This document shows, in pieces, positions 11,611 to 25,030 of a DNA stretch of 45,198 nt (the stretch's first letter is position 1; each line of letters begins with the position of its first letter). A model generated the notes under the pieces. That model saw only the letters and a program-made list of their open reading frames with translations, did not search any database and had not been told where the DNA came from. The stretch comes from Chiloscyllium plagiosum (lineage: Eukaryota): assembly GCF_004010195.1 (NCBI RefSeq), contig NC_057719.1, positions 88,853,405-88,898,602 of the forward strand. Direction: 5' to 3'. The position numbers and the translations under genes are program-made.

Positions 11611-13899
11611 ATTTTTTTAAAAATTTGGAATTAAAATTCCTAAGGATTTTTCCAACTGACTGAGCCTTTAAAAACCAAAATCTGACACAATGACTAAATA
11701 TTCAAATACATTTGCTAGCATTCAAAAGGTTCCAATCTGCAATACAGAAAATATGTTTTGCCCACGTTGATTCATAAAAGCCTAGTTTGAACATCTGCTT
11801 CGAGTTTGAAAAGGCTGAAGATTACTCAATTCCACATAAAAACCCCAACTGACATTTATTCATTGCAATTCCTGGTCCTTTAATACACTTGCTGTGGCTA
11901 GTCGCAATATGTCTGACGCATGTAGCAGTAATCTTCGCAATAACAATGTTTAGCAAAAAAACTCCAGATACTGTGCTCAGGATTAAAAGCGATAAATCTT
12001 CAGAAAATAATTAGGCATAAAGTGAAAATAATTAAAGACTTTGATAAATGTTTGAAGCAAGATATGAAGATGCCCCTCCTCTTGAAAACTAGCTCAATTT
12101 AATCAGTTTAATTTACCATCAGTGCAGTATTTCATTCTCGGATGACAAAAGGAATAAAGCAATCTGCAGTTACTCTACCATTCAAGAAGTAGGGAGTAAT
12201 GGCAGTATGATCTCACTGCCAAATAACACAACAGGACAAATAAACACAAAACTATCTAATTCTAAAATATTTTTGTAAACCTAAGTGGCATACTAACAAA
12301 GCTTTTTGTACCAAGAACTGTGCTGTCAGCCAGTAAACTGCGAAATGCCAATACCTTTAACGTACTCAATATGGCAGGACAAATACACAATCCTATCTAT
12401 TCAAACTGCTGCCTTTCTCCCGAACAGGAAGCCTTTCTTAGTGTGCCACATTTTAGTTGCCGACACTGCTGTCAACTAACCCCCCACATGGGAGAGTTCG
12501 AAACATACAAACTGCGCACATACATACACATATACACAAAGTGCTGATCATACCCAACATTCAATGCTTGACTTCTGACAATGTTTCCACAGCTGTAAGC
12601 AGACCTCAGCTGATCAGCCAGCCTGCAAATGGCTGGTACTATCTTCCATTTAACAAGTAATTTTTAGCTCATACAGATTTACACTTTACATTCTGCTGGA
12701 CACTACAGAACTTATTTTGTTACTCGCAGCTACCATGAAGGCCACCTCTGTCTTTTAGAATGTAAAAACGAAACACTCACAGTTTTGTGCATTTTGAATA
12801 TTAGCAATCCTGGGCTGCTTCCAAACAGCTTCTGGAGGCATCAGTCAGTGTCCCAGTAGTAACTGCATGGTGATCGTGATCATGCTTTGATTACAAAAGC
12901 CTGCAGGCTTCAAGCCAAGTGCCTAGGCAGCTTGACAAATGCATCCACAATTCTGCATAAGGTATTCTACTCTGCCACTACTACGAAGAGGATTACTGCT
13001 AAAAGTCATATTTCCATGAAAAATATGATTAAAAATATCCCAAAAGAATTACAAATTCTAGAAATTAAATCTACTTTTCAGATTTTCCTCCTATTTGGAA
13101 TGCGCCACATACTTTGAAAATAAGATGATGTCTGGTGCACTGCACACATCTGCCATTATTTGCAAGCACATAAAAGGATATCTTATATGAAGCAGCTTTT
13201 AAAGAAAAGGCTATTTTCTTGCATTTTAAAATTGGTTTACAAGAAGATTCAAGTAAGAATTACTATGAATAACATTACCATGATCATCAATTCCTCAGAG
13301 AAAAATGCCCCATATATTTAGATGACAATGTGAAGCTCTGTAACCTCTTTTTTGTCGTCTGGAAAGAGATGATAAGAGATTAAAACATGATCCATCTCCA
13401 TGCGATGTCCAGTCACTTCACTTTCTATTGGATAAAGATTTCCAATAATAAGATTTTCTGCTCACATTATTATACATTGGATCTTGTATACAAGTCTATA
13501 AAATCCTTTTATTAAAAAAATGCCTTTAATGAAGACAAAGGACACTAGGAACTATACAGATTTAAGCAGAAAAAAATAACAACAGGCCAAAAAACGTACT
13601 TGCAAGGGTGACCAAAAGGAGCTTTAAAGAAGTGATCTAAACTACTGAAGGAATCTATCAGAAGGATTCTATATCATGGCGCACAGCAGCAGAGGGCAAT
13701 AACACCAATGATAGGTCCAGAGGGGCGAGGGCATGCACTAAAAAAGTAGAACGAACATGCAGCAACAGTCAAACAAAAGCTGAATATGTCAGACCGACAT
13801 TGATCTCCATAGTGATTAAGAACCAGGTTTGTCATGCGCAAGGTGCTCATTGTTGCTACATGTAGTACTGGTCTGATCAATTCCTCACTTCTGCACCAT

Positions 13900-14545
13900 G
13901 GAGATCACCAAAGAAATCTAATGTTTGAAGTGGAGGTCAAAGACAGTATTCTCAGAAGATATACAAATCTTTAGGTCAGGGGAAAAAACATGTCCAAAAT
14001 TGCCCTCAGCTTTGTGAGCAGCTGTATGCTTGGATCCTCAGTGTGTAAATACCAAGTGCCACTGCATGCTGGTGTTTTGCTGTTGCAAAAAATGGGCCTG
14101 GTGCAGAAGACTTCAAGTAGTTTAGTTGTGCCCTACCACCTATTCCGTGTGGAGAGGTTTCAGCAGAAAAACACCTTTGACCACAAGTTCTACAGGCAAT
14201 TGTCAACAAAAAAGATCCTCAAGCCCTGCAGTGAAAAGGAGATGGTTCAACTAGTCAGATCACTCACTAAGCAGAGTGATCTGACTAGTTCTGTCAGATT
14301 TCCTCATCGTAAGAAGACACCAAGTTACAAGCAAACACCAAGTCATTGCTCGATTGATGGAGAGAAACGCCCATCCCATCACATCCTTTCAGTATGCCTA
14401 CAGCCTCACTACAACCCATACATTAGCCTCCAGCACTAACATTGTCCTTGAAAGGCCTGAAGTGAAGGAGGGATTGTTCTCCACCTCTGAGGAATGTGCC
14501 TTTGCAAAGGTCCGAGAGAGGTTCAGTGACTATGTTGAGGCTAAT
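13900..14545 (+). mobile_element. possible ancient pogo/Tigger (CENP-B-like) transposase relic
   Basis: fragments in different frames: KKHVQNCPQLCEQLYAWI, GAEDFK, CGEVSA, KKTPSYK; judged by eye only. Confidence 0.3.
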
Positions 14546-14549
14546 CCTG

Positions 14550-15455
14550 AGCATTCTGCCTCCTGTAAAAACTCTATCTCCTATTCCCAATTTCTCCGCC
14601 TCCGCCGCATCTGCTCCCAGGAGGACCAATCCCACCACAGAACATCCCAGATCACAATTTCCCCTTCCACATGGTCAACAATGCCCTCCAGCATATTTCA
14701 TCTAATTCCCGCACCTCTGCCCTTGAAGCCCACCCCTCCAACCACAAGGACAGAACCCCGCCCCCACTCCTCAGCTTCCACCTCAGATACACCCCACCCC
14801 TATCTGCATTCCATAAAGACCATTTCCTCCGCAACTGCCTTGTGAGGTCCATGCCCCCTAGCAACCCACCGTGCACTCCCAGCATCTTCCCCTGTCACCG
14901 CAAGAATTGCAAAACCTGCACCCTTACCTCCATCCAAGGGGCCAAAGGATCCTACCACATCTGTCATGGAATTACCTGTACTTCCACACACGTCATCTAC
15001 TGTGTCCACTGCTGCTGATGTGGTCTCCTCTACGTTGGGGAGATAGGACACCAACTTGTGGAACGTTTCAGAGAACACCTCCAGGACACATACATGTAAC
15101 AACCCCACCATCCTATGGGTGAATACTTTAACTACCCCTCCCACTCCACCAAGGACATGCAAGTCCTGTGCGTCTTCCACAGACAAACCCTGACCACCAA
15201 ACTCCTGGAGGAAGAACGTCTCATCTTCCGGCTTGGGACCCTCCAACTACATGGGATCAATGTGGATTTCACCAGTTTCTTCGTCTCCCCTTCCCCCACC
15301 TTATCCTCGATCCAACTTTCCAACTCGGCACCGCCCTCTTGACCTGTCCAACTGTCCATCTTCCTTTTCACCTATCTGCTCCACTCTCCTCTTCGATCTA
15401 TCACCGTCAGCCCCAACTTCATCTACCTATTGCATTCTCAGCTACCTTCCCCCCA
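14550..15455 (+). mobile_element. Penelope-like element 3' part (RT C-terminal region and GIY-YIG endonuclease), degenerate
   Basis: NSISYSQFLRLRRICS; CTSTHVIYCVHC*CGLLYVGE...RFREH; LEEERLIFRLGTLQLHGINVDF. Confidence 0.88.
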
Positions 15456-16580
15456 TATACCGCACAGGCACAATGGGCAAAGGTCGCTGACTAAGGCCTT
15501 TCAACCATAGTACAATGAATGCTTGAAACTGTGAAAAGGTCCTCAGGTTGTGTACATTAAAAAGTATTAAAAGTGCATTAACTTCCTCAGGGTGAAAAAT
15601 GGCATATATGGCACTCTCTAAAATATCCCATTTGAAATGTTTTACCATGAGACTGTATAGCCGACATGAAATGTATACTGTAAATATTAAAATTGTTACA
15701 ATCATATTCAGTGGAATAATTTACAGAGAAGTAGAATTTTATTTCAAATTTAGTAAGTTGTAATGTTTCAGAATCCAATTTCACAAATTTTATGAAATAA
15801 CATATTTTTGGAAAAGAAACACCAGTGATGGAACATTTATGTTATCTACAAGAGATGTGAAAATGTAGGTGGTGCAAAGCTGGGAAATAGGAAACATCAA
15901 GTTTGGAAATGACAAAAGCTAGATAAAGATTTTATCTGGAAAGGTCAAAGTTAGGGCAGAGACAGGTATTCTTTATGGAGAACAGAATATGTGGTCAGAT
16001 GCTGAAAATTACATCAAAGCTTATACTTTCCATGCATAAGTTATACTAAACACTGTTTTTAGTTGTTCAGTCCCTGAATTTTCTACTTTCTAATTATTTC
16101 TAAAACTGTATAGAAATGATTTTAGCAATTCAGACTCTAGATATTCTAGATTTCTGTCACATGTTAAAACATATTTTATTGAGCAAGGATAATCGATATT
16201 CATCTAACCAGCACAGAACACATTCACACACAGATTAGTAGCAGGTAACCATCCAGTACAGATCTGGTCAATTTTTATCAGAGGATTGTGATGATTGCAT
16301 TTAATAAAACACAAACTTCTCAAAATACTGAAAGAAAACATACTAGGCACTTTCCAGGAACAAAACTACCTAATCTGTGTAATCCAAAGGACAGAAAAGC
16401 AATTATGGATGTAAGCGCTGCTCCTTTTTTTTTGAGTTATTTTCAGTGTTGCTGATTTCCTCGAATGTTTGGAGCAGTATTACTGTTTTATAAGCTGTGC
16501 ATCGAATCAAAACAACAGTACTTTTAAAAAATATAGGAGAGAAAGGCATGGAGCAGGTGAAACAAACTGGGAAGTTTGTT

Positions 16581-16870
16581 GGGGTGGCACGGTGGCTCAG
16601 TGGTTAGCACTGTTGCCTCACAGATCCAGGGTCCCAGGTTAAATTCCAGCCTTGGGCAACTGTCTGTGTGGAGTTTGCACATTCTCCCCATGTCTGCATG
16701 GGTTTTCTTCGCGTGCTCTGGTTTCCTCCCACAGTCCATACTAAATTGCCCATAGTGTTAGGTGCATTAATCAGAGGGAAATGGGTCTGGGTAGGTTAAT
16801 CTTCAGAGGGTCGGTGTGGACTGGTTGAGCTGAAGGGCCTGTTTCCACACAGTAGAGAATCTAGTCTAAT
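16581..16870 (+). mobile_element. HE1/V-SINE-like SINE
   Basis: ggggtggcacggtggctcagtggttagc head; gtgtggagtttgcacattctcccc core; CR1-like tail. Confidence 0.9.
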
Positions 16871-17090
16871 AGCTGACTGCCTCTGCGGTTTAATAACAAG
16901 TATCTCTGGACATTGGACTACATTCTGAGAAAAATAAACAAACACTGAAATTCACAGCTGACCTTGGAGAAATCTGTGTGGGGAGCTCAAGCAGGGGAGC
17001 AGCTCAGTGGCTTATTTTTTAACTTTAAACCTTACTGGTTTTTAGTAAATCTACAACTGTGAATAGAGTGGGTTTTTTAAAAAAAATTAT

Positions 17091-17126
17091 ATTCCTGAAG
17101 AAGGGCTCATGCCCGAAACGTCGATT
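17091..17126 (+). ncRNA. minimal hammerhead ribozyme motif, intact core
   Basis: attc-CTGAAGA-a-GGGC-tcat-GCCC-GAAAC-GTC-gatt. Confidence 0.7.
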
Positions 17127-17220
17127 CTCCTGCTCCTTGGATGCTGCCTGACCTGCTGCGCTTTTCCAGCAACACATTTTCAGCTCTGATCTCCAGCAAC
17201 TGCAGTCCTCACTTTCTCCT
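17091..17220 (+). mobile_element. stand-alone PLE-terminal module carrying a hammerhead
   Basis: near-identical to the PLE end at 34947-35042. Confidence 0.85.
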
Positions 17221-18163
17221 TTTTTTATTATACATTTAGTTGAGATCTGTCTCTTTAAAACTATAAATCAGAGATACTAAGTTTTGAATACTGGAGCAGG
17301 GTTTTTAGAGCAGTAAGATTATGTTTTTTCTGAGTCTGCAGATTATTAAGGTGCAAAGATGGCATTTAGTACTCTTCCTGTCGGATGTGGGAAATTATGG
17401 AGAATATCAATGTTCCTGATGATTAAGTCTGCAGGAAGTGTGTTTGGTTGCAAATCCAATAGGATCACATGGAGTGGTTAGAACGACAATTAGATGCAAT
17501 GAGAAATTTACAAAAGCCAGGAACACGATGGATAGCAGTTTCAGGAAAGAAGAAAAACCACAGATATAATCAGGAAGATGGGTTACCTCCAGGAAAGGTA
17601 GAAGGGGTAGAGAGGTAATGCAGGTGTCTCCTGTGGCTATCCCCATCTCAAGCAAATATACTGTTTTGGAAAATGTACGGGGTGATGGACTCTCAGGGGA
17701 ATTTAGCACTGACAGCCAAGTTTCTGGTACTTAAACTGGCTCTACTGTAACAAGGGTACGTCAGGGTCCAAGCAAACAATTGTGAGCCACAGAGGTTTCT
17801 GCGGCTAACAACAACACAAGAATGGTGTGTTGCCTCCCTGGTGTCAGGATCAATGATATCTCTGAGAGGGTGCAGAATATTCTCAAAAGGGACCAGCAGG
17901 AGGTCATTAGACATTGGAACTAATGGCATAGGATGAGAAAAGGACAGGGTTCTAAGGAGAAAATATACGACATTAGACAGGAATTTGAAAAGGAGGCCCT
18001 AGAGGGTAGTAATATTTGAGTTACTCCCGGTGCCATAATTTTAACTTTCTAAACATAGACTGACAGTGCCATATGCTAAGGGCTTGGATGGAGAGGAATT
18101 TGTTAAGTGTGGACAAGAAAATTTTCTGATTCAGTATGTGGATGTACCTACTAGAGAAGGTAC

Positions 18164-20154
18164 ACCCTAGAGTGTCCTTGATAAGTATGTACCTGTAAGG
18201 CAGGGAGGAAGCTGTAGAGCGTGGGAGCCATGGTTTATGAAGGAAGTGGAATCTCTGGTCAAGAGGAAGAGGAAGGCTAATGTTAGGATGAGATGTGAAG
18301 GTTCAGTTAGAGTGCGTGAGGAGTACAAGGTAGCCAGGAAAGTCCTAAAGAGAGAGCTCAGAAGAGCCAGGAGGAGACATGAGAAGTTGTTGACGGATAG
18401 GATCAGGGTAAACCCTAAGGCTTTCTATGGGTATTTAAGGAATAAAAGAATGACGAGAGTAAGATTAGGGCCAATCAAGGATAGTGGTGGGAAGTTGTGT
18501 GTGGTGTCAGAGGAGATAGAGGAAGCACTAAATGAATATTTTTCGACAGTATTCACTCTAGAAAACGACAATGTTTTTGAGGAGAATAATGAGATACAGG
18601 CTACTAGACTGGGTGGGATTGAGGTTTACAAGGAAGAGGTATTAGAAATCCTGCTGAGTGTGAAAATAGATAAGTCCCCTGGGACGGATGGGATTTATCC
18701 TAGGATCCTCTGGGAAGCTAGGGAGGAGATTGCCGAGCCTTTGACATTGGTCTTTAAATTGTCATTGTCGACACTAATTGTGCCAGAAGACTAGAGGATA
18801 GCAAGTGTAGTTCCCCTGTTCAAGAAGGGGAGTAGAGACAACCCTGGTAATTATAGACCAGTGAGCCTTACTTCAGTTGTTGGTAAAGTATTGGAAAAGG
18901 TTATAAGAGATAGGACTTATAACCATCAAGAAAAGAATAATTTGATTAGGGACAGTCAGCATGGTTTTGTGAAGGGAAAGTCGTGCCTCACAAACCTTAT
19001 TGAGTTCTTTGAGAAGGTGACCAAACAGGCAGATGAGAGTAAACCGGTTGATGTGGTGTATTTCAGCAAAGTGTTCGATAAGGTTCCCAACAGTAGGCTA
19101 TTGTTCAAAATGCTGAGGAAAGGGATTGTGGGAGATATAGCAGTTTGGATCAGTAATTGGCTTGCTGAAAGAAGGGTGGTGGTTGATGGGAAATGTTCAT
19201 CCTGGAGTCCAGTTACCAGTGGTGTATCGCAAGGGTCGGTGTTGCGTCCACTGCTGTTCGTAATTTTTATAAATGACCTGGATGAGGGCGTAGAAGGGTG
19301 TGTTAGTAAATTCTCAGTCGACACTAAGGTCGGTGGAGTTGTGGATAGTGACGAAGGATGTTGTAGGTTACAGAGAGACATAGATAAGCTGCAGAGCTGA
19401 GCTGAGAGGTGGCAAATGGAGTTTAATGCGGACAAGTGTGAGGTGATTCATTTTGGTCAGAGTAACCAGAATGCAAAGTACTGGGCGAATGGTAAGATTC
19501 ATGGTAGTGTAGATGAGCAGAGAGATCTCAGTGTCCAGGTACACAGATCCTAGAAAGTTGCCACCCAGGTTGCCAGGGTTATTAAGAAGGCATACAGTGT
19601 TTTAGCTTTTATTAATAGAGGGATTGAGTTCCAGAACCATGAGGTTATGCTGCAGCTGTACAAAACTCTGGTGCGGCCGTACTTGGAGTGTTGTGTACAG
19701 TTCTGGTCACTGTTGCCTGGTATGGAGGGCAGGTCTTACGAGGAAAGGCTGAGGGACTTGAGGCTGTTTTTGTTGGATAGAAGAAGATTGAGAGGTAACT
19801 TAATAGAGACATATAAGATAATCAGAGGGTTAGATAGGGTGGACAGGGATAGCCTTTTTCCAAGTATGATGACGGCGAGCACGAGGGGGCATAGCTCTAA
19901 ATTGAGGAGTGATAGATATAGGACAGATGTCAGAGGTAGTTTCTTTACTCAGAGAGTAGGAAGGATATGGAAGGATATGGAATGCTTTGCCTGTAATGGT
20001 AGTAGATTCGCCAACTTTAAGTGCATTTAAGTCGTCATTGGACAAGCATATGGACGTACATGGAATTGTATAGGTTAGATGAGGTTCAGATTGGTATGAC
20101 TGGTCGGCGCAACACCGAGGGCTGAAGGGCCTGTACTGCGCTGTAATGTTCTAT
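18164..20154 (+). mobile_element. CR1 LINE ORF2 and 3' end, nested in an older CR1
   Basis: ORFs 18237..18794 and 18861..19400 share one frame: [45 protein letters not shown]; tail ctgtactgcgctgtaatgttctat. Confidence 0.93.
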
Positions 20155-20474
20155 AAAACTTGATCTACTTTTGGGAAATAACGTGGGACAGGTAACTGAG
20201 GTGTCAGTGGGGGAGCACTTTGGAGCCATAATTTTATTAGTGATGGAAAAAGATAAACAGGATCTAAAAGTTTAATTTCTAAATTAGAGGAAGGCCAATT
20301 TTGACACTATTAGGCAAGAACATTCAAATGTCGATTGGGGTGGATATTTAGAGGTAAAGGGAAATGGCAAGCCTTCCAAAATGAGATAATGGGAGTCCAG
20401 AGACATTATGTTCCCTGTTAGGATGAAGGGAATGGTAGGTATAGGGAATGCTGGCTGACTAAAGAAATTCAGGT

Positions 20475-20554
20475 GTCAACCTGGGTGGCAACTTTCAACG
20501 ATCTGTGTACCTGGACACCGAGATCTCTCTGTTCATCTACACTACCAAGAATCT
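20475..20554 (-). mobile_element. 80-bp internal CR1 fragment
   Basis: reverse complement of 19495-19574 with 6 mismatches by my count. Confidence 0.8.
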
Positions 20555-20871
20555 ATCAAACCATAAAATACAGCCATTCCCATCAATCATATTATGGCGC
20601 TCTTTGTTCAGAAATAGGACCTTGGTAATATTCGAGTTGTGATGACAGGCATTTCACAAAAACTTTCAGCAATATTCATTGGTCTATATAGTTTCTATAT
20701 TACAGGGAAATTAGAAGCTATGTCTTATGCTGTAGCCAAGCCATCAATTGATTCTCAGTATTTATAGGATGCTTGATAACTACCATATACCACCACATTT
20801 CATAAAAATTGTACATGTTTCCTTTCATCCAATCAGGCTAAACCCATTGATTTGACTAACTTTAAATAACT

Positions 20872-21355
20872 TCAGAAAAGGTTTACAAGGATGCTGCCAG
20901 GGTTGGAGGGTTTGAGCTATTAGGGAGAGGCTGAATAGCCTGGGGCTGTTTCCCCTGGAGCGTCAGAGACTGAGGGATGACTTTAAAGAGGTTTATAAAA
21001 TCATGAGGGACATGGATAGGGTAAATAGACAAGGTCTTTTTCCCAGGATGGGCGAGTCCAAAACTAGGGAGCATAGATCTAAAGTGAGAGGGGAAGATTT
21101 AAAAGGGACATAAAGGGTAACTCTTCCACACAGAGGGTGGGGCATGTATGGACTAAGCTGCCAGAGGAATTAATGGAGCCTGGGACAATTATAGCATTTA
21201 AAAGGCATCTGGATGGGTATACAAATAGGAAGGATTTGGAGAGATAGAGAGATATGGGCCAAATGCTGGCAAACAGAACTAGATTTATTCAGGACAGCAT
21301 GGACGAGTTGGACCGAAGGATCTGTTTCTGTGCTGTACATTTCTATGTCTCTATA
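20872..21355 (+). mobile_element. CR1 LINE 3' end
   Basis: RFTRMLPGLEGLSY*...; tail gttggaccgaaggatctgtttctgtgctgtacatttctatg. Confidence 0.9.
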
Positions 21356-22029
21356 ACCTTGTTATTCTGGAAGGCTCTCCTCTTCTTAGTTGCTTGGAAA
21401 GTCTGGGCAAATTTGCTACAATTGTGTTAAATGGGGACTGGTGCAATATGCAGGGCCTGTCCAGCTTGAAAGGTTTTGTCTGTCATACTGTGGAAACAGA
21501 TGGTCGGTGTTTCTCAGTTAATTCATGGTTGTTCCTACCTTTGTCCCCTCAACTACTTGAGCCATCCATTACCAGGTCTGGCTGAATGCAAGTTTCAACA
21601 ACTGTCATTCCTTTCTGCCAAAATTAGCCACCCACTACTTTAGGATCATCCTGTACAGCTCCTTTTCTTTACAACTGAAGTTGAGATACAGGTAAGCAGC
21701 AAATGGTAGAGCTGACTTGGGAAGATGAATTGCCCAGTCCAGTTCCTATAATCTTCTCCTTAAATTATTTTACACTTTCCCATACAACCTTATCTTCAAC
21801 AAGAAGAGCATGGATATCTTTAAGACTGACACCATCACTCACCTAACCTTTCTGGTTGTTCTATTCCTCCTTAACTAATCATTAACTAATCTCCAAATCA
21901 TAACTAATCATTGACAGTGCAGCTGTAGAAATGACTTCTGTCTTGTAATATGACTGCTAAAATTTTCCAGGTCTTATTCCTGACTGCTACTTTTTCTGAT
22001 TATAAATATGTATATTGACAACATCAGTG

Positions 22030-22270
22030 CTAGCTCTCCCCTACTACCAACAACCCATCTTTGGTCTCCATATTAACAAACCTGTCATTTGACACCCAAT
22101 CTTCTATAATCTGCAATTTCTAACAAATAAACACTGGGATAACCAATACCATTATTTTCAGCCCTCACTGAACACCAACTCCATTCCTCTTTTCCCCAAC
22201 ATCTTCTCTCTCAGATTGAAATAAAAAGCCTCAGCATGCTACTTAACCCTGAACTGTGCTTCCACTCTCA
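22030..22270 (+). mobile_element. old L2-like LINE fragment
   Basis: degraded similarity to the L2 ORF2 post-RT region (NSIPL, LNPEL); QLIQNS at about 22648-22666 after the SINE. Confidence 0.4.
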
Positions 22271-22271
22271 A

Positions 22272-22356
22272 GCTGAAAATGTGTTGCTGGAAAAGCGCAG
22301 CAGGTCAGGCAGCATCCAGGGAACAGGAGAATCGACATTTCGGGCATAAGCCCTTC
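22272..22356 (-). mobile_element. short PLE-terminal module truncated inside the hammerhead core
   Basis: reverse complement of the 17091-type module; flanked by ccactctcaa / ccaatctcaa. Confidence 0.8.
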
Positions 22357-22384
22357 CAATCTCAACCCTGATTCAACTCACATT

Positions 22385-22632
22385 CTTAGATTAGATTACT
22401 TACAGTGTGGAAACAGGCCCTTCGGCCCAACAAGTCCACACCAACCCTCCGAAGAGCAACCCACCCAGACCCATTCCCCTCCGTTTACCTCTTCACCTAA
22501 CACTATGGGCAATTTAGCATGGCCAATTCACCTAACCTGCACATTTTTGGATTATGGGAGGAAACCGGAGCATTCGGAGGAAATCCACACAGGCACAGGG
22601 AGAACGTGCAAACTCCACACAGACAGCTGCCT
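22385..22632 (-). mobile_element. HE1-like SINE, 5'-truncated
   Basis: ttagattagattacttacagtgtggaaacaggcccttcgg...gcaaactccacacagacag. Confidence 0.9.
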
Positions 22633-23601
22633 CATGCTTCATGTATTTCAGTTAATCCAAAACTCAGTTGACTGCTCATTCTGCAACCTACTGATAGCAG
22701 TGTAAAAACCTTATTCTATGAGATTTACAAGATATAGTTAAAATGCCAGTTGAAATTTCTACATTAAAAATTATCTAGAGAAATTAGCAAAGATTCAACC
22801 CCACCTTATCTGTAAGTTGGAAAACCTGCAAGACGACTATAACTGAAGTCTTTGTTTCAACTTTCAAAAATAATACTTTGCCTGGAAAGCTCTGCCTGCA
22901 CAAAATTATTTAGGTGACAGGTTAGTAAGAGAATGCAAATATGGAATACCCACCATTTTAAGTTGTAACTAATGACAGGTTACGTGTTCAGGATATTATA
23001 CCTCAATAGGGCACTTTCTATTTTCTTCCTATTTAAGTCGTGAACAGTGTTATTGGGAGCACACCTCCACAATTTTGTAACTAAGTCACTATCCACAATT
23101 AGCAGCGAGTTGAACTCAGGATGTGTAGCCATGAAAATTGATGCTCACACACGGTTCCTACAAAGCTCTGTAACAGGATAAGTGATTTGCACATTATAAT
23201 GCTATATAGGCTAGTCAGTATTGATGAGAACCAGGGAAAATCTTTTCATTCGAAGTAATCCATTCAATCATCTCATAAATGTGAACACATTTCTTGCACA
23301 CTTACCATCATTTTGTACTCTTCATGTGTCCTACAAACTTCACCCTACAAGAATAATGTTTTTTAAATTAGCACGAGTATTCAATGCTGCATACGTATTG
23401 CATATAAATAGTATGCGAGTAGAATCAAGAGAACGCCAACTCAAAAGGGCTACAGAGGACCTAGTGGCTTACATATAAACAATTATATCCTCACACAATA
23501 TAACTTGTGTTAAGTTCATTATCTGGAGTCTAGGGGATAAGAGACAGCAGGAATTATGGAATCACCATTATTTTTATTCTTTGAAGTTTCCAGAATCAAG
23601 T

Positions 23602-25030
23602 CATAGAAACAGAGAAGATAGTAACAGGAAGAGGCCATTTGGCGTTTTGAGCTTGCTCTGCCATTCATCATAATCATGGCTGATCACACAACTCAGCAGC
23701 CTAATCCTGCTTTGTCCCCATAACCTTTGACCTCATTTGCCCCAAGTGCTATAGCTCTTGAATACATTCAATGTTTTGGCATCAGCTACTTCCTATGGTA
23801 ATGAATTCCACAGACTCTCCACTCTTTAGGTGACAAAATTGCTCCTCATCTCCGTCCTAAATGGTCCACCCCAAATCCTCAGACTGTGACCCCTTGTTCT
23901 GGACACCCACCATCAGGAACATCCTCCCTGCATCTACCTGTCTAGTCCTGTTACAATTTTATAAGACTCTATGATAGCCCCCTCACTCATCTGAACTCCA
24001 GCAAAAAACAATCTTAACCTAGTCAATCTCTCCTCATATATCAGTCCTGCCATCCCCGGAATCAGCCTTTGCTGCACACACTCGAGAGCAAGAGCATCCT
24101 TCCCAGAAAAGGAGTCCAAAACTGCACACAATATTCTTGATATGGCCTCACCTAGGTCCTGTATAACAGCAACAACACATCCCTGTTCCTGTACTCAAAA
24201 GTTCTCGCAATGAAGGCCAACATACCATTTGCCTTCTTCACCGCCTGGTGCACAAGGACACCCAGATCCCACTACTCACTCCCTCTCCCAATTTACAGCC
24301 ATTCAGGTAGTAATCTGCCTTATTGTTTTTGCTTCCAAAGTGAATAACCTCACATTTATGCAAATCATACTGCATGTGCCATTGATTTGCCCACTCACCT
24401 AACCTGTCCAGATCATGTTGAATGATCTCTGCATCCTCGCCACAGTTCAACCTCCCTCCCAACTGGTATTATCCGCAGACTTTGAGCGGTTACATTTTGT
24501 TCCCTCATCTAAATCATTAATATGTATAGTCCAAGCACTGATCCCTGTGCCGCCCCACTAGTTACTGCCTGTCAATTTGAAAAGGACCCATTAATTCCTA
24601 CTCTTTCTTTCCTCTATGCCAACCATCTCAATTTACTTCCCCCAATCTTACGTGCTTTAATCTTGCACAATAATTTCTTAGGCGGGACTTTGTCAAACGC
24701 TTTATGAAAGTCCAAATATACTACATCAAATGGCTCCTCCTGGTCAACTCTGCTAGTTACATCTTCATAGAGTTCCAACAGATGATTTCCCTTTCACAAA
24801 TCCATGCTGACTCTGTCTGATTCATTCTAAATACTCTGCTATAAATTTCTTGATAATGGATTCCAGAATTTTCCCCACTGCCGATGCTAGTCTGGCTGGT
24901 CTACAATTCCCTTGTTTCTCTCTACCCCACTTTTTTGAATATTGGAATAACCTCAGCTACCTTCCAGACTGCAGTGACTCTTCCAGATACCATAGAATCT
25001 TGGAAGGTGACCACCAATGCATCCACTATT
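23602..25030 (-). mobile_element. CR1-clade LINE 3' half (a different subfamily)
   Basis: QHDLDRLGEWANQWHMQYDLHKCEVIHFG; ALECVQQR...YEERLTRLRLF. Confidence 0.88.

Larger units (their letters stand above)
16900..20474 (+). mobile_element. CR1 LINE 5' portion (ORF1 Cys motif, SGNH-esterase-like region, part of endonuclease), hosting nested inserts
   Basis: SCRMWE...VPDD*VCRKC...LERQLDAMR; VCCLPGVRINDISERV; QENFLIQYVDVPTREG continues after 20154 as KLDLLLGN. Confidence 0.8.

Noticed and set aside
11217..11611. Three overlapping hydrophobic ORFs resembling membrane proteins
   Set aside because: All three minus frames are open because the tract is low-complexity.
18237..19400. Possible functional reverse transcriptase gene
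   Set aside because: In-frame stops, and the catalytic FADD motif is changed to FSVD.
21659..21691. 33-nt candidate exon (ag|LLFFTTEVEIQ|gtaagc)
   Set aside because: Weak polypyrimidine tract, no recognisable protein and no partner exons.
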